Assembly (NCBI GenBank): GCA_010909165.1
Contig: MU008164.1
Location: forward strand, 1,364,001-1,428,000
Length of the DNA: 64,000 nt
From: Anthoceros angustus
Lineage: Eukaryota; Plantae; Anthocerotophyta
Reading direction: 5' to 3'
This document shows positions 35,787 through 51,500 of this stretch, piece after piece. Within the stretch, counting starts at the first letter, position 1, and each line of letters opens with the position of its first letter. Position numbers and translations under genes: made by a program. The notes under the pieces were generated by a model. The model was not told the origin of the DNA, did no database searches, and was given only the letters and a program-made list of their open reading frames with translations.

Positions 35787-38330
35787 TCAAGCATTGTCTA
35801 AAGTTTGAACATAACTAATATTTATGGTTTGATCTTCTAACTTTTCCCTTATGTAGTGATACTCAACAGCTATATGTTTAGTTCTAGAATGAAAAGCGAT
35901 TTCGTGCAAGTGCAATGGCACCACGGCTATCACTAAACAAAGATGTAGGCTTAAGTTGAGGATGGTGAAGTTCACTCAAAACTAACTGGACCACACTATG
36001 TCTTTAGAAGCGAGGTTAGTACCTGTACTCAGTTGATGCCAAAGCTATAGTAGGTTGTTTCTTACTTGACCAGATATTGGTGCTCCTCCCAAGAGTAATA
36101 CATACCGATCTGATTTCGTGTGGGTCACAGTATCGGCATCAGCATATGCCGTTAGAGTTAATGTGTTGATAGCTGGTGTATGCTTGAACATCAGTCCTGT
36201 GTACATAGTGCCTTTAAGGTATCTAAATATACGCTTAACAGACATCCAGTGTTCACGTCCAGGATTCTCCAAGAATTGTGAGCAGGAACTGACTTCAAAA
36301 GATATATCTGGTCTCGTAAAATTACATAAATATATTAGGGTGCCAACAGCATGTCGGTATGGAACTGCTGACATTTCTAGCTTTTCTTCAGCTGTTTTGG
36401 GACTCATATCTGAGGTAAGCCTAACACCACTTGCAAAAGGTGTGGGTGCAGGCTTTGCATCCTCAAGTCCAAATTTAGCTAAACTCTCCTTAATATACTT
36501 GGTTTGAACTATACTTAGAGTCTTATTACCTCTATTTCGTATAATATTAACACCAAGTGCATATGTCATTTCTCCTAGATCGGACATCTCAAATAGAGTC
36601 CTAAGCCATGCTTTAGTTTGCTAGGAGAGTGAGGGAGTTTGTTGCCATAAAAACATCATCAACATAAAGTAGAAGATAAAATATATCATTGCGGATATTA
36701 GGATGTACATACAAGCATCACCACGGCTTTGCTTAAATCCTCTCCCAATAAGTTGTACATGTATGGTTAAATTCCAATTCTTGCTCGATCGCTTAAGGCC
36801 ATACAAACCTTTGATGAGTCGGCATACCCAATCTTCTTTGCCTTTGACTTGTAACCCTCGGGTTGTCTCATGTATATTTCCTCTTGCGGCGCCCATACAA
36901 ATATCTTTGTCTTAACATCCATCATGTGGAGTTCAAGATCATGTTGGGCACATAAGGCAAATATCATTGAGTGTGGCAAATTTGGCTCTTGGGGCATAAG
37001 TGGCCCAAGGTATGTAATCTAGACCGAGAATTTGTGTAAAACCTCGCTACTAGGCGTGCCTTATACCTTTCTATAGAACCATCTCCTTTTCTTTTAATTT
37101 TGAATACCCATTTGCTGGTTACTATCTTCCTACCCCTAGGTGGTTTGACCAATTCCATGTAGAGTTATTAACTAGGGAATTATATTGATCTCTGACTACC
37201 TTCCATAAGTCTTTTCGGAGAAGAGAAAGCTTGTTTTAAGGTAAGAGGTTCTTACGGGTCTATAGTTGCCTTGTAGACTTGAGAATAAAGTGATATAGGG
37301 GTATAGGATCATCAAAAGCTAGGTATCCTAAAGGAGGTTCCTTCCAACTGCGGGACTGAGATAGTAGGTCGGGATCTAAGGTTGTACCTTTGTGCAGGTG
37401 CATCATCCACAGGAGCGGGATCAACGACAGGATCTGCTGGCTCCACAATGTCATCCTCCAGAGGGTCATCAAACTCATCATCATGAGTGTCAACTGGCGC
37501 CTCTGCTGGGATGTCAACATCAGGTTCGTCTGGTTGTGTTATTCCAGGTTGTGGAATGGATGCTAACTCCTCCTCCTCCTGCATAATAGGTTCAACTAAA
37601 GGAACACGAGAAGCAGGAATGGGAAATGGAGTGAAATAATCAGTATCATCAAAATAAGAAGGGTCAATGGTCTCATCAAGAGGAGGACCAAGCCTATCAG
37701 CTCCCACTGTGGGGGAAAAGAGGTAAGACTCATGAAAAGTAACACTCCGGGCGTATAAAAGTTGCCTTGTAGAAGGGTTGAACAATTTGTACCCTTTGAT
37801 ACCTTCGGTGTAGCCAATGAAAGTGTACTTTGCTTTGGGATCCAACTTCTTACGCAATGCTTTGGGAATAAAAACATATGCGGGATCCAAAAATTGAAGG
37901 TGGTCAATAGAAGGCTTCTTGCCAATGAATGCTTCATATGGAGTCATACCTTGAGCTGATGTAGGCAATCGATTCATGAGATAGGTTCTTTGTGAGGAGG
38001 GCCTCAATAAGCCTTAGATAATTTAGCTTGTACCAATAAACAACTTGTGATCTCTTGAAGGCGTAGATTCTTGTTCTCGGCTACGCCATTTTGTTGAGGA
38101 GTGTAGACAACTGTAAGTTGTTGAGCTATACCTTCAGCTCGACAAAAATCCTCAAATTCAGTAGATGTAAACTCTCCACCATTGTCGGAACGTAAGGTCT
38201 TGAGTTTGTGATCTCTAAGTCTCTCAGCCCATTTCATGTAGTCCTTGAAGAAGTGAAAGGCATCAATCTTGTTTTTCAGGATGTAGGAAAAGACAAAACG
38301 AGAGAAATCATCTGTGTATTTACACACATG
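35787..38330 (-). mobile_element. Decayed Ty1/Copia pol (INT-RT-RNase H), frameshifted, gag/protease absent
   Basis: INT: DDFSRF, LRSDNGGEF, TPQQNGVAE; RT: KWVFKIKRKGDGSIERYKARLVA, LIKGLYGLKRS, MSDLGE, TRPDISF, VKRIFRYLKGT; RNase H: HSRTKHIAVEYHYIRE. INT lies upstream of RT, the Copia order. Confidence 0.9.
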
Positions 38331-38639
38331 TTGAAGGTCTTGACCTGCTAGACTATGCTGCCTACTTCAAAGTAAAGGGCAAATCAATATACCAATAAGC
38401 TTCAAGGCTGAGAATTAATATATAAGGCCTAGCCTATCTAGGTGTGGAGCATGGTATGTGCTTGTATGCTAGTACCTAGAGTGCCTAGTGCATATAAGCC
38501 ATATTGTGTGGGAGTGTTGTGTTCCCTCCCATGAATAAAGGCATAACGCTTTTTCTAATACATTTTGTGGAATACACATCCTGCTCCAAAGGAGGCGACA
38601 TTAGCTTCAAAGGAGATGGCATCTCCACTAAGAACGTTA

Positions 38640-39545
38640 TCTTGCAGTGCATCATCCGAGGCGGGATCACGGCAGATCTGCTGGCTCCACAATGTCATCC
38701 TCCGGAGGGTCATCAAACTCATCATCATGAGTGTCAAGCGCCTCTGGGATGTCAACATCGTTAAATCGTTGTTGTACCAGTTGTGGAATAGATGCTAACT
38801 CCTCCTCCTCCTCCGCATAATAGGTTCAACTAAAGGAACACGAGAAGGTGAATGGGAAATGGAGTGAAATAATCAGATCATCAAAATAAGAAGGGTCAAT
38901 GGTCTCATCAAGAGGAGGACCAAGCCTATCGCTCCTGGGGAAAAGAGGTAAGACTCATGAAAAGTAACACTCGGGCGTATAAAAGTTGCCTTGTAGAAGG
39001 GTTGAACAATTTGTACCCTTTGATACCTTTGTAGCCAATGAAAGTGTACTTAGTGCTTTGGGATCCAACTTCTTACGCAATGCTTTGGGAATAAAAACAT
39101 ATGCGGGATCCAAAAATTGAAGGTGGTCAATAGAAGGCTTCTTGCCAATGAATGCTTCATATGGAGTCATACCTTGAACTGATGTAGGCAATCGATTCAT
39201 GAGATAGGTTCTTTGTGAGGAGGGCCTCGCCCAATAAGCCTTAGATAACTTAGCTTGTACCAATAAGCAACCCGTGATCTCTTGGGCGTAGATTCTTGTT
39301 CTCGGCTCGCCATTTTGTTGAGGAGTGTAGACAAGCTAAGTTGTTGAGCTATACCTTGACTCGACAAAAATCCTCAAATTCATAGATGTAAACTCTCCAC
39401 CATTGTCGGAGCGTAAGGTCTTGAGTTTGTGATCTCTAAGTCTCTCACCCATTTCATGTAGTCCTTGAAGAAGTGAAAGGCATCACTCTTGTTTTTCGGG
39501 GATGTAGGAAAAGACAAAGCGAGAGAAATCATCCGTATTTACACA
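38640..39545 (-). mobile_element. Second, indel-ridden copy of the Copia integrase region
   Basis: Near-identical to ~37400-38330 with many short deletions (TYLMNRLPTS.QGMTPYEAFIGKKPSIDHL). Confidence 0.85.
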
Positions 39546-42500
39546 CATGTTGAAGGTCTTGACACCGCTAGACTATGCTGCCTACTTCAAAGTAAAGGGC
39601 AAATCAATATACCAATAAGCTTCAAGGCTGAGAATTAATATATAAGGCCTAGCCTATCTAGGTGTGGAGCATGGTATGTGCTTGTATGCTAGTACCTAGA
39701 GTGCCTAGTGCATATAAGCCATATTGTGTGGGAGTGTTGTGTTCCTCCCATGAATAAAGGCATAACGCTTTTTCTAATACATTTTGTGGAATACACATCC
39801 TGCTCCAAAGGAGGCGACATTAGCTTCAAAGGAGATGGCATCTCCACTAAGAACGTTATCTTGTGCATTGACAAAAGGTGTGGGATCGGACTCGAGTGTT
39901 CGTGAACAAATTGTGGCCGTTTACGCCTACACAATTGTCGCCAATTGGGCAAGGACAACAAGGCAGCAGCGTTAACGTTGCAATTTGGGTAGAGATTTAG
40001 CTCATGCCAATTGGGCCTCTAGCGTTGATTGTGGCAAGCTACCGATTGGTGTGCGTAATCGTAATCTAATGCATCTTCGATTATTGTCAATGATAAAATG
40101 ATTGTCAATGGTAAATGATTTTCAATGGCTATCAATTATATACATATAATAAACTTGAAACTTGTATGATGTCCGAAACACCGGTGGAGGTGTCTTAGAC
40201 TTTGCGAGATAGGGACAAAATTGTACATTCAATATCGATAATTTTGCTTCTTAATTAATCATTGTAAGAACAATGACAATTGGAGAACAATGAGATTGTC
40301 GTACTAATATTTAACTACTATACGAGCCTTTGGTCGCTGCCCATGCCTTCGCAATTTCAATCTTCTTTGATAACAATAGATGGCGCTTAGTACCACGACA
40401 AAGAACCCAACCACAATTGTCATGAGGAGAAATGACATGCTACATTGTGAGAGCATGAATAAGAAAAATAAGCCTCCCATGATCACAAAAATCTCAGCTA
40501 ACATTAGCACCACATGCGATACTTTGGAAAGCGTGTAGCCTTTCGAGTTCTTCCTCCAAACAACAAGATGATCAACGCTAATGCAAGAAGCACTTTGCAG
40601 CAAATCCTGTGCGATGAACACCCACGAAACTTGAATGAATCATCCAAATTTCACGGCGTGCAATAGGAACAACCAAATGAAGCCAATGGAGAACATTAGA
40701 ACAAATGGGGACCAATATCCCTTGCTCTTCCAGCTCAATGTCTTCAACACCAATGGCTTGAACACTACTCATAGTTTCATGGTCATTCCCACCACATCCA
40801 TGTATTTGATCTACTCCAACATGTGAGTGGTCCATATTCTCATCCAATGTGTTCACTCTGGATCCACCACATGAGAGAAGCAAACAATATGCACCGCCAA
40901 CTTCATATTCATGCGTAGGAAACTCACCGGGACCCCTTTGTCCCGGCGAATATTCATTTCCGACGTGGATTTGAAATCTACTATTACTTGTAAATCACTC
41001 ATGATTAAATTTCCGCCGGAATCCACGATATATATACATTTACGCTTGTTTCATGTTCACCTAGTGCCCCTTAGGATATGTGCCCACATGCGGTAGGAGC
41101 TAAGCGTGTAACGCATACAAAAGAAATCGAGGAACAAGGGACTTGACTACATGTACACAATATGTGGTCTATGCCGTCATATATAGACTTCTAGAGGCCT
41201 AATCTCTCGATAACCAAATAAATTCGTTAAAAATATTAATATAGATTAAATAATTAATAATCCAAGAGGAGGCTTTGTGTACTTCCAAGGCTCGCATAAA
41301 ATTTGCTGTGGATGGAACAAGCACGTAGAAATGCAGCAAACCTACAACACTACAAATTGTTAAGCTAAGCGGGTGAATATGGCCGCATTGCCAAGGCTCT
41401 TCACCCTCCCTTTGGCCCTTGCGGAGGAGACCAATATTGTGGCCCTCGAGCCCTCCATCCAACCCCAAGGATACCATCCCGGACATATACTATATACATT
41501 TACGCTTGTTTCATGTTCACCTAGTGCCCCTTAGGATATGTGCCCACATGCGGTAGGAGCTAAACGTAAACGCATACAAAAGAAATCGAGGAACAAGGGA
41601 CTTGACTACATGTACACAATATGTGGTCTATGCCGTCATATATAGACTTCTAGAGGCCTAATCTCTCGATAACCAAATAAATTCGTTAAAAATATTAATA
41701 TAGATTAAATAATTAATAATCCAAGAGGAGGCTTTGTGTACTTCCAAGGCTCGCATAAAATTTGCACAACGGATGGAACAAGCACGAGAAATGCAGCAAA
41801 CCTACAACACTACAAATTGTTAAGCTAAGCGGGTGAATATGGCGCATTGCCAAGGCTCTTCACCCTCCCTTTGGCCCTTGCTTGGAGGAGACCAATATTG
41901 TGGCCCTCGAGCCCTCCATCCAACCCCAAGGATACCATCCCGGACATATACGGCTATGTCTATGAGGACCCCTCTCCTTGATCGTGGCTTTTGCTCTAGC
42001 CCTTTATGGCCCTACATCTTTCATGTGTCGGGCTGGTTAGAATGGTGTTTGAACACCTCGAGACCTTTTTCTCCCGAAGACCCTTCTAGTGGCTTCAGGA
42101 GCTCTTCTTCTTGGGTACTCATGGCTCGGGAGAGATGCCTCATCGGATCCGCCATAAGGCCTTGCAACTAGCAGGCTAGTTGCTATGGGCTTGCCCCTCC
42201 ATTGGCGTCGCTCACTTGCGGTTGGGGAAGCCTTCATGCGGCTTCATAGCCGTACTATTACCCTCCAATGCCGTCACTTCTTCAGCAGCAGCTCAATCCC
42301 TTCAATTTGGCATTGCCACTTGCTGAGTCCGTGGTGTTTGGAGTGAAGGCATGCTTGACACCCACCCGAGTGGGTGGTCTTATAGGTGGATGTTGAGAAC
42401 GCCTTCAATGCCATCTCCACAGGCATCATCTTGAGAACTCGGGGATCTTGGCGGCATCTTGAGGAGCCTTATGCCTTTGTCCAAGCTTCTACGGAGATTC

Positions 42501-45500
42501 TCCACCCTTTACTATCGGCATAAGAACGTGTCATCGGATTTGCCATCTTTGTCTCGGAATTAGCCACGGTACTAGGCAAAGCGACACTCTAGGCGATGCT
42601 CTCTTCATCATCGCTCACAGGGCCATCTAGAGCGCATCCTCAACGCATGATTATCTTCTCTTTTCTTTGGCGACAACTCTCACATCCTTGGGCCTAGGGA
42701 CAAGGTCAAAATATGAGCTCTTCTCTCATGACCTTTCTTTTGGCTTGAACACTACTCATAGTTTCATGGTCATTCCCACCGTCCATGTATTTGATCTACT
42801 CCAACATGTGAGTGGTCCATATTCTCATCCAATGTGTTCACTCTGGATCCACCGTGAGAGAAGCAAACAATATGCACTAACTTCATATTCATGCGTAGGA
42901 AACTCACCGGACCCCTTTGTCCCGAGCGAATATTCATTTCCGACGTGGATTTGAAATCTACTATTACTTGTAAATCACTCATGATTAAATTTCCGCCGGA
43001 ATCCACGATATATATACATTTGCACGCTTGTTTCATGTTCACCTAGTGCCCCTTAGGATATGTGCCCACATGCGGTAGGAGCTAAACGTAAACGCATACA
43101 AAAGAAATCGAGGAACAAGGGACTTGACTACATGTACACAATATGTGGTCTATGCCGTCATATATAGACTTCTAGAGGCCTAATCTCTCGATAACCAAAT
43201 AAATTCGTTAAAAATATTAATATAGATTAAATAATTAATAATCCAAGAGGAGGCTTTGTGTACTTCCAAGGCTCGCATAAAATTTGCACAACGGATGGAA
43301 CAAGCACGAGAAATGCAGCAAACCTACAACACTACAAATTGTTAAGCTAAGCGGGTGAATATGGCGCATTGCCAAGGCTCTTCACCCTCCCTTTGGCCCT
43401 TGCTTGGAGGAGACCAATATTGTGGCCCTCGAGCCCTCCATCCAACCCCAAGGATACCATCCCGGACATATACGGCTATGTCTATGAGGACCCCTCTCCT
43501 TCGATCAGGCTTTTGCTCTAGCCCTTTATGGCCCTACATCTTTCATGTCGGGTGGTTAGAATGGTGTTTGAACACCTCGAGACCTTTTTCTCCCAAGACC
43601 CTTCTAGTGGCTTGAGCTCTTCTTCTTGGGTACTCATGGCTCGGGAGAGATGCCTCATCGGATCGCCATATAAGGCCTTGCAACCAGGCTAGTTGCTATG
43701 GGCTTGCCTCCATTGGCGTGCGCTCACTTGCGGTTGGGGAAGCCTTCATGCGGCTTCATAGCCGTACTATTACCCTCCAATGCCGTCACTTCTTCAGCAG
43801 CTCAATCCCTTCAATTTGGCATTGCCACTTGGTGGGCAGTCCGTGGTGTTTGGAGTGAAGGCATGCCTTGACACCCACCCGAGTGGGTGGTCTTATAGGT
43901 GGATGTTGAGAACGCCTTCAATGCCATCTCCACAGGCATCATCTTGAGAACTCGGGGATGCTGGCGGCATCTTGAGGAGCCTTATGCCTTTTGTCCAAGC
44001 TTCTACGGAGATTCTCCACCCTTTACTATCGGATAAGAACGTGTCATCGGATTTGCCATCTTTGTCTCGGAATTAGCCACGGTACTAGGCAAGCGACACT
44101 CTAGGCGATGCTCTCTTCATCGCCGCTCCAGAGCGCATCTAGAGCGCATCCTCAACGCATGATTATCTTCTCTTTTCTTTGGCGACAACTCTCACATCCT
44201 TGGGCCTAGGGACAAGGTCAAGGAAGCCTTCGAGCTCTTCTCTCATGACCTTTCTTTGGTGGGCTTGAAGGTCAAACTATCTAAGTGTGTTCTTCGTGTA
44301 TGGAGATCCTCCCTACTTTGCGCTTTCTGACGAGATTGCTCGGCCTTAGGCCTCTGGATTTTGGGGATCCCCTTGGTTCCCTTGACTTCATCGGGAGCTT
44401 CCTAGACTAGGCTCTTGCGGAGGACTTGTCCCACATTCAACCTCCAGTCCCAACATCGGTGCTCTTTTCTAGAGTTGTAGTTTATCCCTCTCGACATAGC
44501 CACGATAAGGCTGTCGATTAAGGTCCTCCACATCCGCATAATTGCTTTTTCGGCTTGGGAGTTGCTTCTTTTGCGTTGTCGGTTCTTGAGTGCAGTCTTG
44601 ATTTTGGCTTGATGGACTAGTTAAGTTTAGCTTCTTGGACTAGTTAAGTTTGGCTTGTTGTCGCCGTGAAAGAGATGCAGGATCTTCACGTCACATGTCC
44701 GTAATCCTAATCCCTTCCTTGTGACGATGAAATCTGCGAACCTTCTTTAGCTCAAACTCACGTAAGTGTTCGTGAGAAAATAATATGGTGAATATGTCCA
44801 AAGAGCTGGTTTTCAAGAAGAATGATGTATATTGGCTTGTTTTGGGGGTCATTTTTCGCCTTTAGGAACCCAAACCCTTTTAGTGAAGAATTATAACTCT
44901 TTTCGTGGAGACATTGTTCCTCCTCTACTTCCTAGTATGGCAAAGTTTCTCATGGATACCGGTGGTCATAAGCGTTACAGTGCGGCTGTAAGGCTCACGC
45001 CATGAAGGACAACCTCGGGCGTCCATCCGTGATTATCTTCTTTTCCCATTTTCCCTTCATGACACTATTAAGATGACCAAAATCTAATTTAATTTTGTGA
45101 CTATATAGCTTTTTATCATTGTTTTATATATGATTTAAGGTTTGTTTAATTAAGATGATATTCTCCATTCTAGAGGGATGCATGTATCCATCTATATTCG
45201 TGCGTGTTACCAAATTCTCTATTTAGTTGTCTTTAAAATTATGAAGTCCACAATGAAAATGGAAATGAGAATGTTTCAAGAAAGATACGATGTGGAAGTT
45301 AATGTATTAGTGAAGATGGTTTTCCAAAGTCTATGAATGATATGAAAAATATACAGGAAAGATATATGCTTGTAAAACTATGAAAACATATGAAGAAATA
45401 AATCATGTAATAGGTGGAGATAAACACTCTTGATTTCTTCCAAGACATTATCATATTTTCAACACAAAAGGATATGGAACATATATATATTGCTATGTAC

Positions 45501-48500
45501 CATGGTACATTAAGATGAACTAAGAAGGGGAGCTTATTGTGAGGAGGATGCAAAATACTTATGTTTAACCTAATGGAGGCAATCAACTTTTGCCACAAGC
45601 ATAATGTTATGCACGCGATTTGAAATCGGCTATTATATTAGTACTAAGTTGTCTCAAAATTAAACTAGACTTTGGTTTGTCTATTCCATGTTTCAAAACA
45701 AATGAATTATTGTATAGGGGAGCTGCAAGAACCCCATTTCTCATGGCTATGAAGGTATTGGACTCGTGAGATGATGAAAAATACAAGCGATTACTTCAAA
45801 AGGCGATATTTGGAGTGTGGGAGTTAATCATGAAGTTTTAACGGAAAACGTCCTTACACACGTCATGGGTTCAACATCGAAAAGAGTGGAGAACTCAATT
45901 GGACCTAGATGGTGGCCCAACATCTTAAGCAGTAAAAAATGTACTACACTCAATGTTACATTAGGCAGAACTCGATGCTTGTGACAAGTTCTAAACCATT
46001 CTTGGTATCTTCTATGTAGAATATAGTAGTTTATTATATAATAAATTATTTCTAAAGTAAAAATAATTTTGATCCGATTGATGATCAGTTTTTACACAAG
46101 AAAATAATTTTTTCTATAATGAAAAATAAAACTACTATGTTGTATAGAAGATAAAAATAGGACCAAGAATAGTTTAGAACTTGTTATGATCTAGTCTGCA
46201 CTCCACTCTAAATGTAACATAGAGTGCGATGGATATTTTATTTCATTTGAGATGTTGGGCCACTCATGAATGTCTATTTGAATTCTCCACTATCCATTTT
46301 CAATGTCAAAACTCATAGCCTATGTAGGGACGTTTTGGTCAAAACTTCATATAGAATGACTCTTGCGCTCCAAATATCAGTTCATAGCTTGTGTTTACAT
46401 CATCTTGAGTCCCCTCTTTAGCCATGTAACATTAGGTTCCAACTCCCTATACAATAATTCATGTTCATTTTGGAAACAGGGAACAAACAAACCAAAGTCA
46501 TGAAGTTTTAACGAAAACGTCCTTACACACGTCATGGGTTCAACATCGAAAAGAGTGGAGAACTCAATTGGACCTAGATGGTGGCCCAACATCTTAAGCA
46601 GTAAAAAATGTACTACACTCAATGTTACATTAAGAGCGCAGACTCAAATGCTTGTGACAAGTTCTAAACCATTCTTGGTATCTTCTATGTAGAATATAGT
46701 AGTTTATTATATAATAAATTATTTCTAAAGTAAAAATAATTTTGATCCGATTGATGATCTTTTACACAAGAAAATAATTTTTTCTATAATGAAAAATAAA
46801 ACTACTATGTTGTATAGAAGATAAAAATAGGACCAAGAATAGTTTAGAACTTGTTATGATCTAGTCTGCTCACCGCTCTAAATGTAACATAGAGTGCGAT
46901 GGATATTTTATTTCATTTGAGATGTTGGGCCACTCATGAATGTCTATTTGAATTCTCCACTATCCATTTTCAATGTCAAAACTCATAGCCTATGTAGGGA
47001 CGTTTTGGTCAAAACTTCATATAGAATGACTCTTGCGCTCCAAATATCAGTTCATAGCTTGTGTTTACATCATCTTGAGTCCCCTCTTTAGCCATGTAAC
47101 ATTAGGTTCCAACTCCCTATACAATAATTCATGTTCATTTTGGAAACAGGGAACAAACAAACCAAAGTCATGAAGTTTTAACGAAAACGTCCTTACACAC
47201 GTCATGGGTTCAACATCGAAAAGAGTGGAGAACTCAATTGGACCTAGATGGTGGCCCAACATCTTAAGCAGTAAAAAATGTACTACACTCAATGTTACAT
47301 TAAGAATCAGATGCGCAAGTTCTAAACCATTCTTGGTATCTTCTATGTAGAATATAGTAGTTTATTATATAATAAATTATTTCTAAAGTAAAAATAATTT
47401 TGATCCGATTGATGATCAGTTTTTACACAAGAAAATAATTTTTTCTATAATGAAAAATAAAACTACTATGTTGTATAGAAGATAAAAATAGGACCAAGAA
47501 TAGTTTAGAACTTGTTATGATCTAGTCTGCACTCCACTCTAAATGTAACATAGAGTGCAAATGATATTTTATTTCATTTGAGATGTTGGGCCACTCATGA
47601 ATGTCTATTTGAATTCTCCACTATCCATTTTCAATGTCAAAACTCATAGCCTATGTAGGGACGTTTTGGTCAAAACTTCATATAGAATGACTCTTGCGCT
47701 CCAAATATCAGTTCATAGCTTGTGTTTACATCATCTTCTCGAGTCCCCTACCTCTTTAGCCATGTAACATTAGGTTCCAACTCCCTATACAATAATTCAT
47801 GTTCATTTTGGAAAAGCAGGGAACAAACAAACCAAAGTCTAGTTTAATTTTGAGAGGGCTAAGTAATAATATAACAGCCAGATTCAAATCGCGATGTATA
47901 ACATTATGCCTATGGCAAAATTTGATTGCCTCCACTACGTTAAACATAAGTAATTTTGTATCCTCCTCACAATGAGCTCCTCCTTTCTTAGTTCATCCTA
48001 AGTGTTCCATAGGTTATAGCTCCATCACTCTATATATATATATATAATTTTACAGGCATATATTTTTTGTATATTTATCATAGTATTCATAGACTTTGGA
48101 AAAGCCATCTTCTGATACATTTTCCCCATGTATTTTCTTAAAACATTCGCACTTCCATTTCCATTGTGGACTCCATAATTCTAAGGATAGATAGATAGAG
48201 ATAGGAGGATTTATTTTGGTTTAGGTCCCGGCCTTTGAGTAATTAACGTGTCTGCGAGGATACCGTAAGGAATAAGAATAAATAATTCATTGACACACAC
48301 AATATAGATGGATACACCGTCCCTTTATGAGTGAGGACATCATCTTCATTAAACAAACTTTAACAACCCTAGATAACATGATTATAAAAGTTATATGAAA
48401 GAATCTTGGATAACTTGATTTATTTAAAGTTGACGGACTCTAGGAGGCTTTATTTCGTTAGGTCTTGCCCTTTGGGTAATTAACGTGCCCTTGAGGGATA

Positions 48501-51500
48501 CATGTTGAACAAGTACAGAAAATTTGTTACACACACCGTAATATAGATGCTTAGACCCATCCTCTATAATGGAGAACATCATTTAATTTAAACAAACCTT
48601 AAAACCTTAGCCCTTTAAAACTTCCCTTTGCATGAGTTTCAAAAATATTAACCCGTAAAAGAATAGCCCTGCACCCCTTTTATACACCTTGGTGAGAAAT
48701 TACCATTTTCAAGATGTGCTCCCTGTTTGCGTCTCATCCCTTTCAAACACTTTGGAATTGCCATGTACTCTAGGTGAGAAACTACCACTTCAAGTGAGAA
48801 ACTACCATTTTAGCACTCCTACTCCGCATGTGAACCCCTTTAACACTCATGATAGAAACTACCATTTTCACCGCCACGCCTGCACCCCTTTTAATACATA
48901 TTAGAAAATACCATTCCATATATAGCAAATTTCCCATGGAAATATCCCCATGGCCATAATGCTAAGTAATAATATAACAGCCAGATTCAAATCGCGATGT
49001 ATAACATTATGCCTATGGCAAAATTTGATTGCCTCCACTACGTTAAACATAAGTAATTTTGTATCCTCCTCACAATGAGCTCCTCCTTTCTTAGTTCATC
49101 CTTAAGTGTTCCATAGGTTATAGCTCCATCACTCTATATATATATATAATTTTACAGGCATATATTTTTTGTATATTTATCATAGTATTCATAGACTTTG
49201 AAAAGCCATCTTCTGATACATTTTCCACATGTATTTTCTTAAAACATTCGCACTTCCATTTCCATTGTGGACTCCATAATTCTAAGGATAGATAGATAGA
49301 GAGATAGGAGGATTTATTTTGGTTTAGGTCCCGGCCTTTGAGTAATTAACGTGTCCGCGAGGATACCGTAAGGAATAAGAATAAATAATTCATTGACACA
49401 CACAATATAGATGGATACACCTGTCCCTTTATGAGTGAGGACATCATCTTCATTAAACAAACTTTAACAACCCTAGATAACATGATTATAAAAGTTATAT
49501 GAAAGAATAATCTTGGATAACTTGATTTATTTAAAGTTGATGCACTCCTAGGAGGCTTTATTTTGCTAGGTCTTGCCCTTTGGGTAATTAACGTGTCTTG
49601 AGGGATACATGTTGAACAAGTACAGAAAATTTGTTACACACACACCGTAATATAGATGCTTAGACCCATCCTCTATAATGGAGAACATCATTTAATTTAA
49701 ACAAACCTTAAAACCTTAGCCCTTTAAAACTTCCCTTTGCATGAGTTTCAAAAATATTAACCCGTAAAAGAATAGCCCTGCACCCCTTTTATACACCTTG
49801 GTGAGAAATTACCATTTCAAGATGTGCTCCCTGTTTGCGTCTCATCCCTTTCAAACACTTTGGAATTGCCATGTACTCTAGGTGAGAAACTACCACTTCA
49901 AGTGAGAAACTACCATTTTAGCACTCCTACTCCGCATGTGAACCCCTTTAACACTCATGATAGAAACTACCATTTCACCGCCACGCCTGCACCCCTTTTA
50001 ATACATATTAGAAAATACCATTCCATATATAGCAAATTTCCCATGGAAATATCCCCATGGCCATAATGCTGCAAGTAAGCTTGTAAGGCCATGTCATCAC
50101 GAGGACAACCTCGGGACATCCATTTTGGATTTATTTTCTTTTCCATTTTCCTTCAAGACATTATCATAGATGACGAGACTAGTGTATGTCGAGATTCTAT
50201 ATGGGTTTGTTTTCCAGCCTCGAAAACCATGGATGCAACCATTTTGGATAGTTGTCAAACACATTTTCCGGTACTTGAAAGGCATAGTTTTTATAGGTCT
50301 ATGTTACAAACGGACTAGTACCTCACTCACCTTACATGGTTTTCGACACCTAGGCCTCCAACATTGCCTCTCGCAAAAGCTTGTTATTTGAACTGGAGTT
50401 GCAAGAAGCATCAGCATTTCCCTCTCCAGCATCGAGGCCGAGTATCAATCCTTAATCGATGTTTCCAAGAAAGTGGAGTGGAAAAGGTTTTCCTCAAGGT
50501 TATTAAAGAAGAGCAATCCTCAACTACTATATTATCTTTGTGACAACGTTCGGTCCGCTTTGGCCTTAGTGGCTCACCTCCGGTTCCATGCTAGGATGAA
50601 GCACATTGAAATACAGCATCATTATGTTAGAGATGTAGTTATCAAGTTGACCTATGTGTACATCGATGCAAACACGCACACATCTTAATTTACAAAATCA
50701 CCGCCCAAGCATATTTACACACATGTTGAAGGTCTTGACACCTAGACTATCTGCCTACTTCAAAGTAAAGGGCAAATCAATATACCAATAAGCTTCAAAA
50801 TGAGAACTAATATATAAGGCCTAGCCTATCTAGGTGTGGAGCATGGTATGTGCTTGTATGCTAGTACCTAGAGTGCCTAGTGCATATAAGCCATATTGTG
50901 TGGGAGTGTTGTGTTCCTCCCATGAATAAAGGCATAACGCTTTTCTAATACATTTTGTGGAATACACATCCTGCTCCAAAGGAGGCGACATTAGCTTCAA
51001 AGGAGATGGCATCTCCACTAAGAACGTTATGCGCAGCATTGACAAAAGGTGTGGATCGGACTCGAGTGTTCGTGAACAAATTGTGGCCGTTCTGCACAAT
51101 TGTCGCCAATTGGGCAAGGACAACAAGTGGGCAACGTTAACGCTCGTGCAATTTGGTAGAGAGATAGGAGGATTTATTTTGGTTTAGGTCCCGGCCTTTG
51201 AGTAATTAACGTGTCCCGCGAGGATACCGTAAGGAATAAGAATAAATAATTCATTGACACACACAATATAGATGGATACACCGTCCCTTTATGAGTGAGG
51301 ACATCATCTTCATTAAACAAACTTTAACAACCCTAGATAACATGATTATAAAAGTTATATGAAAGAATCTTGGATAACTTGATTTTATTTAAAGTTGATG
51401 ACTCTAGGAGGCTTTATTTCGTTAGGTCTTGCCCTTTGGGTAATTAACGTGTCTTGAGGGATACCCGTGTTGAACAAGTACGTAAAATTTGTTACACACA

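Noticed and set aside
35110-39545. Intact, active Copia element
   Set aside because: Multiple frameshifts and stops, no gag/protease, and no paired LTRs, PBS or PPT found.
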